Positions 1 through 13,664 of a stretch of DNA of 64,000 nucleotides are shown here, in pieces. The DNA comes from Anaeramoeba ignava BMAN (taxonomy: Eukaryota; Protista; Anaeramoebae): the NCBI GenBank assembly GCA_028826165.1, contig JAPDFW010000103.1, positions 558,001 to 622,000 on the forward strand, given 5' to 3'. The notes beneath the pieces are model-generated. The model saw nothing but the letters and a program-made list of their open reading frames with translations. It was not told the DNA's origin and did not search any database. The number at the start of each line of letters is the position of its first letter. The first letter of the stretch is position 1. The position numbers were made by a program, and so were the translations under genes.

Positions 1-3000
1 ACAGAAGGAAGTTATATCAAAAGCGGTAATTCTGGAACTGATTCAACTGATTCAATTTTGAAATATTGGGTTTATTTAAACAAAGATGGAAAAATTGAAT
101 TTTCTTATAAAGTTAATAGTCAAGAAAATAAAGATGGTTTTATTTTTTATATTGATGGATTCCCAAGAATTAATTTGGAATCATCCATTTTGGAATATCA
201 AACAGTTTCCTTTTTTTTATCAAGTGGAATCCACCAATTTGAATGGGTTTATCACAAGGATTCTTCAATTTCTACTGGTTTGGATTGCGCTCAAATTGAA
301 TATATTAAAGTAATTGGAATTAATTATTCAGCAAATCAATGTGAATTATGTTCAAAAGGATATTCAAGTTTTTCAGAATCAAGTGAATGTTTTATTTGTG
401 AAAGAAATTATTATTCACCAAAAGAAGGATCTGAACAATGTTTTCAATGTAATTCTAATGAATACTCTGATATAGGAGCAGATCATTGTATTCAAAGAGA
501 AAATTGCACTGATGATGATTATCAATTTTATTTCTCAAATTGTGAAAATAATGAAAGAACAAAAAAATGGAGATTAATTGAACCAAGTATTTGTTCGAAT
601 GTTTCAGATAAACCTGATGAACCAGGATATTCTTGTGCTGATTGCAATCCTGGAAGTGTTATGAATAATAGTGTGTGCGAATTTTGTCAAGAAGGATTTC
701 AAAGAAATCAATCTTCATCAGTATGTTCTCCTTGTGAAGAAGGTCATAAAGCAAGTATTGCGAAATATATCACAAATTTTATTGATTTACCAAATGAAAT
801 GTATACAGATTGTTATGGTGAATGCGGATATCCAGGATGGAGACCAATGGTCGATTATTTGGATTCAGGTGTTGGTCATTTGGGTTTTATACAAAATTCT
901 ATTGTTCAATTTATTAATTTATCAAATCCTGGAAATATTATTTTTAATTACACTTTACAATGTGAAAATGTTACAACTTATCAAGTTTATTGTGGTTTTA
1001 ATTTCTTTATTGATAATGTTGTTTATTATTCAATGTATGATAAAAACATTACAAATCAAGTTGTTGAATATAATTTAACTTCTGGTGAACATACTGTTGG
1101 ATGGATTTTTTGGAAAGTAAATATTCAAGAAAAAAGAAAATTCAATTATTAATATTTATTAAACAAAAATTAAAAATAATAATTCTTTCTTTTTTTTTAC
1201 TTTTAAGGCTTATCCAAATAGATCATATTCAAATAATGATTTCGCAAGAATAAATCAAATCATCATTCATGGTGTTTCTCCTCAAGAAGGAGGAGCAGAT
1301 ACTTGCCAAATTTGTCCAGAAGGAACTTATAGTGAAGGAAATTCATCATTTTGCTCATTATGCAAGCCAGGTCAATATGGAAATAGAATGGGATTATCAA
1401 AATGCTATGATTGCCGAGAAAACACATTTTCAAAAGATTCAGGAAGCACATCTTGTTTGGATTGCGGACCTGGAACAACTTCACAAAGTGGAGCATCAGA
1501 ATGCAATACAAATAACTGCACTTTTACAATTAATGAATTGGATATCACTTATAATTTACAACCTCTTGAATCAAATACTTCAATGAATGGACCTGTTTTT
1601 GATTCTTATGGAAACAAATATTATCTCAGTATTTGCAATCAAAACCCAACAAATAATACTTGTTTGGATGAAAACAATCAACCAATTTTAACTTATGCTT
1701 GCCAAGAATCATCAAGTAATATTTCAATAGATATTGGCAATATAATTGGATTCGAAACTTTATCCTCAAATCCAAGAGATGGATTAATTGTTAGTTTTGG
1801 AAATGGAGAAATTGGATGTGATTCAAATCAACATAGAAATTCTTCAATAACTTTTATTTGTGATGTTTATTCGGGAAATGGATCTTTAGTTGCTGATGGA
1901 AATGTAATTGATCCTCAAAATCCTTGCAATTTCAAGTTTATATGGAACACACAATATGCATGTCCTTTATGCACAGAAAGAGATTATTCCTTTTTTTACA
2001 CTGATTGTATTAATGCTCAAAGACAAAAAACATATTATTGGATTGAAAACCCAAAAAAATGTTTTGGAGGTGTTTCTCTTCCTGCAAATGAGATTGTTTC
2101 ATGCACAGACGATATTGTTTGTGGAGCAGGCCAATACTCAAATACCACAGATTGTGTGGATTGTTCTCAAGGATTTTATTCACTTGGTGGAGGTGTTATT
2201 TACAATTTATCAAATTTTAACCAAATTTTCCAAATGGGTTGCGTTTCATTTGATAATATTGTTAACCAAAATTGTTCGAATTGGACTGTAATTGGAAATC
2301 AAACTTTATTTGCTGGTTTTGGAAAGGAAAGTTGGTTCAGTTTAACTACAAACTTTGAAGTTGAAGGAACACTTCTTTTTCTTATTCAATCATTCGCAAT
2401 TCTTCCAAATCAAAAATTGGTTTTCTCAATTGATAATAGCCAATCATATACATATGAAAAATTGATTGAAGAATACACAATCCAAAACTTTGGTATTTCA
2501 AACGGACCTCATATTTTCAAATGGAATTTTACAAACGAAAATGAAAATCAAGAATTAAGAAACAATACATTATATAATATATCAATAAAAGAAATATCAG
2601 CACTAAGAATCACAAAAAGTTCAGATGTATGCACAGTTTGTCCGCCAGGTTCATATTCAAATCAAAATGGATCATCAAAATGTGAACTTTGTCCTATTAA
2701 TACAAAACAACCTCAAAAGGGTTCAATAGCATGTGTTCCTTGTGATGAAAATTATTACTCTTTGCGTGGACAAATTGAGTGCATCCCAAAAAATACACAA
2801 TGTTTTGAAGGAATTGATTATTATCCTGTTTATTCTCCATGCAAAAGTAATTCTCAACTCAAAATATACACTTGGTATCTCGCATATCCAACTTGTATAG
2901 GTAATCTCCCAGAACCAGAACTCGTTGAATGTCATTGTAATCCTGGCGAATACAATAACTCTAGTATGGATTATATATGCACTGCATGTCCTAAAGGAAG

Positions 3001-4722
3001 CTACAGTTTAGATCAAGATGCTCAAAAATGTATTCAAGCAAATTTAGGCCAAGCAGCAATTCTTTCTCTCAATTTATCCAATTTTATAGATCAATTTCTT
3101 ATAGAAGAACATAAAACATTTTGCAGTGGAGATTGCCAACTTTCAACTGGATGGAGAATTGGTGATAATTATCTTGATTCTGGAATTGCTGGAAATCAAG
3201 AAGTCAATTCAGAATTGATTTTTCCAAATGTTTCAATAATTGAAGATGGAATAATTTCTTTTGATTACAAACTTGTTATGAATCAATCCCAGAAAAACAA
3301 AAATTATAATTATAATGATAAAGAAAATGGTTTTAATGCAATATTGGAATTTATTATAAATGGAGAACCTGTTATCGGAGCTTTGGATAACGCAACAGAA
3401 AATTATCAACATGCCTCATTCCCTCTTTCAAAAGGAATTTATGAACTCAGATGGCTATATCATCAACAATGCTGCATCCAAGGACAAGCCTATCTTTTAA
3501 ATATTTTCATAAATGGAACTTCAGTTGGAAAATCTCAACAATTAATAAATTGTGATAATGGATATTTTTCAAATGAAACAGATTCAATAAATTGCTCACT
3601 TTGTGAGCCTGGTTCATTTACAAATTCTTCAATAAACGGATATTCTTCTTGTTTTTTATGCGAAAATGGAACTTTTAGTGATCAATACGGAATGCAATTT
3701 TGTCTTGATTGCGGAAATGGAACTTATTCAAACAAAGTTAATGGTTCAACTGAATGTCTTACTGATTGTATTTTTTCATTTGATAACAATATCCAATTCA
3801 ATCTAACAACACTTAATAATAAGGGAATCAATTCAATAATCAATCCAAACAACTCAACAGAGAAATTTTATTACTCAGTTTGTGATAAAATATCAAATAC
3901 TGATTTTTGCAAAGATTCAAATGGAAATGCTTTAAATACTTATATTTGTGAAATTGGAAAAAATTATGATATTAATTTTGGAAAAGTACTTTCAGTTTCA
4001 GAAATCACAACTTTAATCAATAACAAAAATTACACAGGAATCAGAATAAATTATACATATGGAGATGTTATTAATCAAGAATATGCACAAACACAAGTTG
4101 ATTTTATTTGTGATTTGAATTCGGGAATTGGAGTTCCAGTTGTTGTTGAAAAACATTTAAATAATCAAGATTCAAATGCAATAAAATATTTAGAATGGAG
4201 AAGCCAATACGGATGTAGAATTTGTTTGAGTTCTGATTATGATCGAATTGAAGGAGATTGCAATAAAGGAACAAAGAAAATCACTTATATTCCCAATAAG
4301 GATGATTGTATTAGTATTAATCCCCCAAATAATTATGAAGAAAAATGCAATAATTTTGTAATCTCAAGTATTTTTGTTTACGGTACTGTTGTTATTTTTA
4401 GTGGTTTTGTTATTTGGATGATGATCATGTGCTATCAAAGGCATAAAACAAAGAAAAAAGATATCTTATGCTTCAATCTAAAAGAGATCATTTAGAATTG
4501 AGTTTTGGTGATGATCAAATTTTTCAAGAGCAACAAATTGATTTATTATCAGATGATTCCGAAACTAATATAGATTCTAATCGAAATCATATAATAAATG
4601 AAAATCATAATCAAAATGAAAATGCAAATCAAAATGAAAATGCAAATCAAAATGAAAATGCAAATCAAAATGAAAATGCAAATCAAAATGAAAATCAAAT
4701 AATAAATGAAAATTTAAATTAA
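1..4722 (+). CDS. ELAPOR/KIAA1324 (EIG121)-like type I membrane protein with Cys-rich CxxC repeats, two MRH-like domains and a C-terminal TM; 5'-truncated
   Basis: The frame is open from base 1. Exon <1-1116, intron 1117-1207 (GTAAAT...TTAAG), exon from 1208 in frame with ORF 1388-4495. Contains repeated C-x2-C-x2-G-x-Y/F motifs, 'CTxxDY' modules, MRH-like 'ITFICD...C.FKFIWNTQYACP' and 'WRSQYGC', and TM 'IFVYGTVVIFSGFVIWMMIMCY'. The tail probably continues in ORF 4468-4722 across a 1-nt indel at 4454-4459. Confidence 0.8.
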
Positions 4723-4930
4723 AATTCAAATAAGAAATGAAAATTTAAATTAAAATTCAAATAAGAAATGAAAATTTAAATCAAAATGAAAATTAAAATC
4801 AAAATCATATAAGAAATGAAAATTTAAATTTAAAATCATATAAGAAATTAAAATTAAAATCAAAATCAAAATCAAAATGAAAATCAAAATCAAAATCAAA
4901 ATCAAAATCAAAATTAAAATTAAAATTAAA
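4600..4930 (+). repeat. 18-bp coding repeat (NQNENA) followed by 3' AT-rich repeats and (AAAATC)n
   Basis: aatcaaaatgaaaatgca x4-5; duplicated aatgaaaatttaaattaaaattcaaataaga; (aaaatc)n. Confidence 0.8.
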
Positions 4931-5016
4931 TTCCATTTTTCATTTTTCATTTTTCATTTTTTTCTTTTCCAAAATAACAAAACAAAATAAAAGAAAACAA
5001 AATTAATAAAATAAAA

Positions 5017-6443
5017 ATGATTCATTTTACCGACTTTATCCGCACTCCAGCAATATTTCATTATTCTCTTATTTTCTTTTTAATTTATGCATGCTTTATT
5101 ATACACAAGAAAGACGAAGAAAATCTTGATTTGAAATCAGAAATTGAAAATAAAAACAAAGAAATTAAAGAGAAAGATAAAAGTAATCAATATTTTCAAT
5201 CAGAAATTAAAGAGAAAGATAAAGAAATTGAAAAGAAAGATAAAGAAATTGGAAGAATGAAACCCGTTTTTGATAAATATTTGGAATATGAGAAATATTT
5301 GGAATTTAAAAAGAATTTTCCTCAATTTGCAGATTCAGAAATTATTACAAATGAAGAATATGCTAAGAAATTACAAGAATGGATAAATGATAATGATTTT
5401 TCTAAAATGAAATTGGGATTTTCAGCAAAAATAAATGGATTTGATTCTGAAATTTGGCATTCAATTTGTGATAATAAAGGAAAAACATTAATTATTATCA
5501 AAACAAAAGATAATTTTATTTTTGGAGGATTTACTCAAGTTGGATGGACAAAAGATAAATCAAAATGGAGAGAAGAAGATAGAAATAAATATTATGGATT
5601 TATTAAAGATTCAAATGCATTTATTTTTTCATTAAGAAATGATAAAGGAGATAGAAAACCAGAAAAATTTACAATTAAACAAGGAGAAGAAAAATATGCA
5701 ATTTTTTATTATTTAAATTATGGTCCAACTTTTGGAAGTAAATAATTTATATTTAATAAATATTTATTATTATAATTAAAATTAAATTAATAAATAATTC
5801 AAAATATTAATATAATAAATAATATTATTATTTCAATTTAAAATAAAATTAATTTTAAATTAAAATATTATTAATTATTATTAAAATTAATTAATTATCT
5901 TTATTAAAATAGGGAGTAAATATTTATATTTAATAAATATTTATTATTATAATTAAAATTACATTAATAAATAATCCAAAATATTAATATAATAAATAAT
6001 ATCATTATTTCAATTTAAAATAAAATTAATTTTAAATTAAATTATTATTAATTATTATTAAAATTAATTATTTATCTTTATTAAAATAGTTTGTAAATAA
6101 TTTTTATTTAATAAATATTTATTATTATAATTAAAATTACATTAATAAATAATCCAAAATATTAATATAATAAATGATATTATTATTCCAATTTAAAATA
6201 AAATTAATTTTAAATTAAATTATTATTAATTATTATTAAAATTAATTATTTATCTTTATTAAAATATTTATAGCTGATATTTTTGTAGATTCTGATTTAA
6301 AAAGTGGATATTCAGATTTTGGTTATAGTTACAATCTACCTGATAGAATTACATATGGAACAAATGAAGCTAAAAGTTATTTAGCTGGTTCTTATGATGA
6401 ATGGGTTGTTGATGAACTTGAGACTTATTTCATTGAAAATTAA
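5017..6443 (+). CDS. N-terminal TM + coiled-coil + TLDc domain protein
   Basis: Exon 5017-5737, candidate microexons 5913-5915 and 6090-6092, last exon 6274-6443 (DIFVDSDLKSGYSDFGYSY...YLAGSYDEWVVDELETYFIEN*). TLDc motifs: 'GF...WHSICDNKGKTLIIIKT..FIFGGFT', 'DSNAFIFSL', 'YGPTFG'. Confidence 0.9.
5738..6273 (+). repeat. Three tandem near-identical GT-AG intron units (175, 174, 181 nt) with 3-nt spacers GGA and TTT
   Basis: Units 5738-5912, 5916-6089 and 6093-6273 each start GTAAATA. Units 1 and 2 end ...tctttattaaaatag; unit 3 ends ...tctttattaaaatatttatag. Confidence 0.9.
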
Positions 6444-6664
6444 TTTATAACAAGAAAATCAGACTTTTTTTTGTCATTTTTGTTTCAAAATTTAATTCAA
6501 TTTTCATTTACTTTCAATTAAATTAAATTCTTTAAATCAATAAATAAGAAACAAATCAAATTTTAAAAAATTTAATTTTAATTTAAAAATATTATTAAAA
6601 AGAAGATTAAATGAAAAAATGAAAAATCAAAAAAATATAAAAATTGAAAAGATAAATTAACTAC

Positions 6665-6960
6665 TTTAAATAAAGAAATATTAATAAAATATATAAAATA
6701 AAATTAATTTAAATTAAATTATTTAATATTATTGATTTAAATTATGAAATAAATTAATTAAAATATTTTATTAATTTTATTAAAATATTGGGAATAATTT
6801 TGTATTGTTTTAAATAAAGAAATATTAATAAAATATATAAAATAAAATTAATTTAAATTAAATTATTTAATATTATTTATTTAAATTATGAAATAAATTA
6901 ATTAAAATATTGGAAATAATTTTATATTGTTTTAAATATTAATAAAATTTATTTAATATT
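6665..6960. repeat. ~143-bp AT-rich direct duplication between convergent gene ends
   Basis: tttaaataaagaaatattaataaaatatataaaataaaattaatttaaattaaatt... occurs at ~6665 and ~6808. Confidence 0.75.
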
Positions 6961-6963
6961 TCT

Positions 6964-9900
6964 TTATTTAAATTTTGGAATAAAAGGAATAATTTCTTGT
7001 TGTTGTTGTTGTTTCTCTTTTTCTTTCTGATCTTCAAATATTTCTCCAAATAAAATTTCTTTAATAACTTCTGTGGATTCGTTTTTCAAATTAAATAAGC
7101 GATTAAACAATAAAGAAAACAAATCATTTGGACAAAATAAAATTAATTGAGGAATAAATTGCAAAGAATTTTGACGAATTAATTTTGAAGAATTGGATAA
7201 CCTTTGCAAACTTGAGCGCATAACCAAAGAACAAGTAGAATATTTTGGGGAAACAATCAGACATCTTTTGATTAATTTGTAAGAAAGCATTGGAACATTT
7301 TGATTTTGGATTTGAGTCAAAAAAAGCAATTCTTGAATAAATAACTCAAGAACATTTGGGAGTTGAATTGTTCCTGCATCAAGCTCTTTCAAAGCATCTT
7401 CAATTTGTTCATAAGTGTTTGAATTAGGATCTAGTCGTGATTTAAATTGTTCAAATGATTCTTCTGATTGGAATGATCTGAAGTCGTCTTCATTGATTTG
7501 ATTTGATGATTTTTTGGAAATTATATCCAAAAGAAGTTGAACCTTTTTGAGTTCAAAATATTTTTCGTGGAATCTGGTTATGTATCGTGAATAGCTCTGA
7601 ATTTTCTTTCGATAACGTTTTTTTGCGAGTCCACAATAGCATAAAAAGGTGATAATTTTGGAAAATAAAGAAATCAATTTTTTCTCTTTCAGTTTTGTTG
7701 ATTTAATAAATTCAAGAAACATTTCAACAATAAATTCAGTTTTTTCGTGATGGAAAACAAAAGGCTTCAACAAAAGCAGTATTCCCACAATATAGCTAAA
7801 TAATCTGTGGTAATTTTGGTCCAAAAAGCCTGGGAATTCGACATAAATTTTGCCTTCAATAAGTGAGAAAAAATTTGGGATAAATCTGTAAACTATAAGA
7901 GGATGATTAAGAGCTAAATAGCATAATTTGGTGTATCCTTTGTTTGATTGGCTTATTGATGTCAAGCATCTTAGGTATTTATATAGCGATTCATCTAATC
8001 CTGATGATGATATTTGAGTTGCAAATGGCAAATAATTTACTGAATTAACCAATTGATTTTTGGTTTGAAAGGCAATGAATCTTTCTGGATATTCAAAATA
8101 AAGACGAAGTAATAGTTGTTTTGTTGGGTTAATTGTTGTTTTTTCTTCTATAATTTGCTTTTCCTTCATTTTCTTTTTTTTTGTAAAATTGGATTGATTT
8201 CTGTTGATAAGACTATAAATTACTGGTATGAAAATTGATTGGCTTTCACTTGCTGAAAGTAATAATTGGATTCTATTGTCCTGAATTTTTTGTTGTGATA
8301 TTGATTCTGATTCATATAAAATCCAATTTGTAAGTGAAATTATATTTTGCGGATCAATTTTGCTTTCAAAATATTCATTCCCAATACTTTTGAATTTGCG
8401 AATCATGAGATGAACAATATCTAAAAGGTTTTTTGCTTGTATTTGAGAGATTTTGGGGTTTTCGTTCAATAAAAAAATGAGTAATTTTTGAAGGAAATTA
8501 AGATCTGAATTGGAAACAATAAAAGTGATTAAGTAATAAATTTGGGGATTTTCAAATGAAAGTAAATCCTTCATTTGTTCTAAAGTTGGATATATTCCTG
8601 ATCTTTGGAAAAGCTCGTAATAATCAAACAGAATTCCTTTAGGGAATTTTGAGTAATCCTTCTGTAATTTAGGTGTTAAATTTTGTTCGTTTTTCATATT
8701 TTGATGGAATATTGATAAGATAATTTGTTGAATTTGAATTTCTGTTAATTTCTCTTCTTGTGTTAATTTAAGAAGAAATTTTTCGAAATGGGATGGATTA
8801 TCAGCTAATAGTTTTATTCCTTTGTTTGCAGACAATTCCAATTTTCTTGATTTTGTGGTTTTTGTTTTTTTTGCATTTTTTGGGTATTTTTGGGAAATAT
8901 TATTGATATAACTTGAAATTACTAATTGATATGTATTTATTAAATTTTGATTTGATTTTGTGCCAATAATATAATTATTTATACTTGATTGAATTGATTT
9001 GAAAATTTCTAGGATCATTTGAGAATAATCTTGGTTTTCTAAACTAAAAGAGAATAATCTTGAAAGTAGAGGAAGTGAATATAGAGAATTTTCAAGAAAA
9101 TTATTTAAGAAGATTTGATTTTTAAGCAATTTTGAAAATTGTTCAATAAATTCGCTGTTGATATTTATATTTGTTATTGATGTAATTAAATCATCTTGTT
9201 TTGTTTTTAAATTTAAAAAGATATTCAAATCAAATTGTTCATTTTGGATTTTGATATTTTGGATTTTGGATTGATTAGAAATTAAGGTTCTCTTTTGTTT
9301 AATTTTTGTTTTGGTTTTGTTTTTGTTTTTAATTAAAGAATTTAATAACTCATTTTCTTTTTTTATAAATCCCATTTTTTTCCATAAATTAAGTTTTAAA
9401 ATGATCATATTCAATTGATTTGATTCTAAATTATCAAAAATTTGTGAATTTTTTTGGGTAAATTTTATAATTGAATGAATTGATTCTTCTGATAATCCAT
9501 ATAAATTAAATAATTTTGGAATTGAATCTGGAGATAAAAATTGGAAGGAAAAATCAATCATTTTGGGGGAATTTGATGAGATCAATAACAATAAATATTC
9601 CTCTTTGATTTTTAGTTTATTTTTTCTCTTCTTTTCTTTATGAAGGATAAGTTTTGATAGTTTTTTAATCAAATTTTCATCATTTTGTCTTGATTTCACA
9701 TATAATGCTAAAAGAGTAACAAGAGATTTTTTATCATTTGAATGAATATTTTGGATAAAAATGTCGCATATTTGAGGTTCATGAAGTAAATATGATAAAA
9801 CCAATTCTCTTTTTGAAATGAAATTAGTTAAAAATTTATCCAAATCTTTTGCAGAATTTTGGTGAAGAAATGTGATATATCCGATTAAAGAACAAGAATC

Positions 9901-12900
9901 AGTTTCAAATAACAATATTTTTTTAATGAAATTGTGGAAATCATCTTGAATATTTTGATAGAAAATTGAATCACAAATTGCGGAAACTGTTTCGAAAGTC
10001 AAGCAATCATTGGAATAATCGAAACATGTTTTATTTTGATAATTTAATAATAATGTTCTTAAAAATCTTCTCCATAAAGCTCTTTTGTGTGAATTTCGAG
10101 AACATAAATGGATTGATAAGTAATCAATAATATTTATGAAATTCTTTTTGCAATTTAATGAATCATCTTGAATTCTATTTGTTAATTCCAATAAAATATC
10201 TCTTGTTAATTTAATATTTTGATCCTTTGTTAATGTTGATTTGTCTTCATTATCCAATTCCATTTCAATTTCTTTTGTATTTAAATTTTCTATTTTCATA
10301 TTACTGTTATTTTTCTCATCAGTTTTTGTTTTATTATTTATTGATAAAATATCAGCAAATAAATCAATTTTTTGTATTTTTCGGGAATTTCTATTTTCAT
10401 CACCAACAAGAGATTTTATTTGGAAGAAAACCAAATCACAAAGAAATTTTATTGAAATGACTTGAAGTAATTGGATATCATTTCGGATTATTCTTAATAA
10501 CCAACTTGGATTTTGGAAAATTTGGTTTTCTTTTTGAGTAATTAAATCCAATACAAATTGATGAGATTGAAAAGAAGCAATTTTTTTAGCAAGATTAAAT
10601 TTTGAATCATAAAGAGCACAATTTTGCAAAATGTTTTCAGGAATATTTTTGGTAATTTGATTTTTTTGTGAAATATCAAAAATCATTAAATTTTCTGTAA
10701 GTGATTTTGGGAATTGGTATGTAGTAATTAATTGATTAATTTTAGTTTTTTCAAAATTTGTAAGTTGTTGATTTGAAGATTTGTTTTGGATTTGGTTATC
10801 AATAAGTGATGATGATTCATTGATCATAATAAATTCCATTAGATTCTTAACAAGAATAAAAGAGTTCCAAAGTTCTTTGCCAAGAGATTGAGTATTAAAG
10901 CAAGAAAATATAAACAATAAAGTAATACTTTTCCAAAAAAGATCAGAAACGAAAAAATTTTCTTTTTGAATAAATTCGAGATTATTATTAAAAGGAAATA
11001 AATTTTGATTTAAATGGTTATAAAAAAGAGATGAACTCATAAGTAAGCTAATTAATGTTGAATTGCAAGTTATAATAAGCGGATGAGTTTGGTTTGTTGA
11101 TAATGAGCGTATTACTAGTTTTTCAACAAGAGAAATTGAATCATTTGAAGAAATAAGAGATTCTTTTTGGAAATCTTTATAAATCAATTTTAAATTATCA
11201 ATAAATTCTGAATTATCATCACATTTTACAAAATTATTATTTAAATCATATTCTTCAGAATCAGGAACGAACAAACTCCAAAAGGGCATTTTGAGGATGT
11301 TTATTATTGTTTCTTCTTGAAATAAGCTTTTGTTTTGGAGAATATCAAGAATATTTTGATGTGATTCTCTTGATTGAGTATGCAATTTTAAATAAGAAGG
11401 AGGTTGAATAAAGAACAAGTCTTGCATTATTTGAGCAGATACTTGATTGATTGAATTTGAGAGGATTTTGGGTAGTTGATATAAGCACCATCTAGTTGAA
11501 TAAAGTTGAATTTTTGATATAACTTCCAAAATTTCATTTTCATTTTCATTTGATTTGGATGATTGTTTTGATAAAAAGAAGAAAATAAAAGCAGAAACCA
11601 TTTGTCCAATAGAAATCATCCATTGATTCTTCTCGTTTTGGTTAATTTGAATTAAACCTGAAATATTTTGGATATTCATTAATGTTTTGCAAATCAAAGA
11701 ATAATCAAGTTCATAATGAATTTCTTTTGTGATTGTTTTGCAGATATTTGTTAAATGTTCGTGATATTCTTGGTTTTTTGAAAGGGATTGGAGTGAGAAA
11801 CCTATTAATTCTTCGATATTTTGTTGCAAAGATACAGGAAGGTATAAAGGAATCATTCTGCAATTTCCACTTGAAGCACCAAAAACAGTTGTTTTTCCTG
11901 AAAAAACTTTTGAGTATTTGATTTGTTCATGAATTTCTTGAGTGATGAAATGATCAACAACAATTTGGGCGTATTTTGGGTTGTTATCCAATATTGTATG
12001 AATGCATTCTTTTTTGAGTGTTTCATCTGTGACTTTTACCTGCAATTTGATGATGTTTTTAACTGTATTTTCATCGTGTTGATTGACTGAACAATATTTG
12101 GCTATTTGTCTTATTAATTTTTTAGGTGATCCTTTAAAAACTGGGTTATTTAACCAATTTGATAAATGCAATGATCCAAAATATCTTGATTCTGGGAAGT
12201 ATATTGTGCTTAGAATCAATAATAGTGTTGATTTCTGGTCGTTGAGATTGTTTTGTTGTTCAATTCTTGAGTGAATAATTTTTAAGATTTTTTCTTTCAT
12301 TTGATTTTTGAAATTTGGATTGTGATCATATCTGTTATAGATTTTATAATCTTCGTTATTATGGTTGCTAAAATTATTTTGATAAATTGATTTAATTGAT
12401 TCTGGTGGATCTTTTTTTTTTATAAATATAAATATAAAAATAAATATAAATATAAATATAAATATAAATATAAATATAAATATAAATATAAATATAAATA
12501 TAAATATAAATATAAGTATAAATATAAATATAAATATAAATATAAATATAAATATAAAAATAAATATAAATATAAATATAAATATAAATATATAAAAATA
12601 AATATAATAATACAATTATCAGGTTTAAAAACTGTTTCAATATTTAGTATAAATAAAAAAGCGAGATCATGATCTATCCATTTTCTTTGATTAGTTGCAT
12701 CTTCTATGTATGCCTATTCACAATAAATTTACAAAATATTTAAATCAATTATTTAAATCAATTATTTAAATCAATTATTTAAATCAATTATTCAAATCAA
12801 ATATTTAAATCAATATATTTAAATCAATATATTTAAATCAAATATTTAAATCAATATATTTAAATCAAATATTTAAATCAATATATTTAAATCAAATATT

Positions 12901-13507
12901 TAAATCAATATATTTAAATCAAATATTTAAATCAATATATTTAAATCAATATATTTAAATCAATATATTTAAATCAAAATATTTAAATCAAATTTCTAAA
13001 TCAAATATTTAAATCAATTATTTAAATCAAATATTTAAATAAATATTTAAATTAAATTTAAATCAAATATTTAAGTTTCCAAATTAAATTTAATAAAAAA
13101 TAAATTTATAAAATATTTTGGAATAAAAAATAGAAAAAAAAAAGGAATACATAAACAAAAGATTCTGGCCATTCAAAAGTATTATAAAATGTTCTATTAA
13201 GAATTTGACATGCAAGTAATGGTAAAATAGAAGATTTAGAATAGAATAAATTAATAAACATTTGAACAATTTCTTCATTTAAAAAAAATTTAAAAAATTT
13301 TTGATTTAAAAATAAAAGAACAATAAAAATTGTTTTATCTGGTTTTTCTTGTTGAAGAAAAATAAAGCATTCTTTAAAAAGAGAAATTATTCTTTCTTTA
13401 TCTTCATTTAAAAAAGCTTTTTGAAATGCTGTAAAAATAATTGAATTTTCGATTTCTTTTTGTTGTTGTTGATTTTTTTTTTGATTTTGTTGTTGATAAT
13501 ATTGCAT
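6964..13507 (-). CDS. INTS1: Integrator complex subunit 1-like
   Basis: Exons 13507-13151, 12713-12614 and 12410-6964 join in frame at GT-AG sites. The spliced 'WPESFVY|[14 protein letters not shown]' matches the INTS1 WPExFVxxYIED motif. Also 'WLNNP' and a C-terminal '[17 protein letters not shown]...[11 protein letters not shown]'; ~2000 aa. Confidence 0.85.
12411..12613. repeat. (ATATAA)n microsatellite filling INTS1 intron 2
   Basis: Hexamer run; it produces the spurious IFIF N-terminus of ORF 6964-12615. Confidence 0.9.
12735..13075. repeat. 13-14-bp minisatellite (ATTTAAATCAA(T)AT)n in INTS1 intron 1
   Basis: Visible tandem units with an ATTTAAAT core. Confidence 0.85.
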
Positions 13508-13664
13508 TTTGTTTTATTTATTATTTTTTTAACAATTTATAAAAGAAAATAAAAGAAAGTAAAAGAAAGTAAAAGAAAGTAAAGTTAAAACTGATCTTTT
13601 TTTTTTTTAATTAAATTAATTTTTTTTTTTAATTTTTTTTTTCTTTTTTTTTCTTTTTTTCTTT

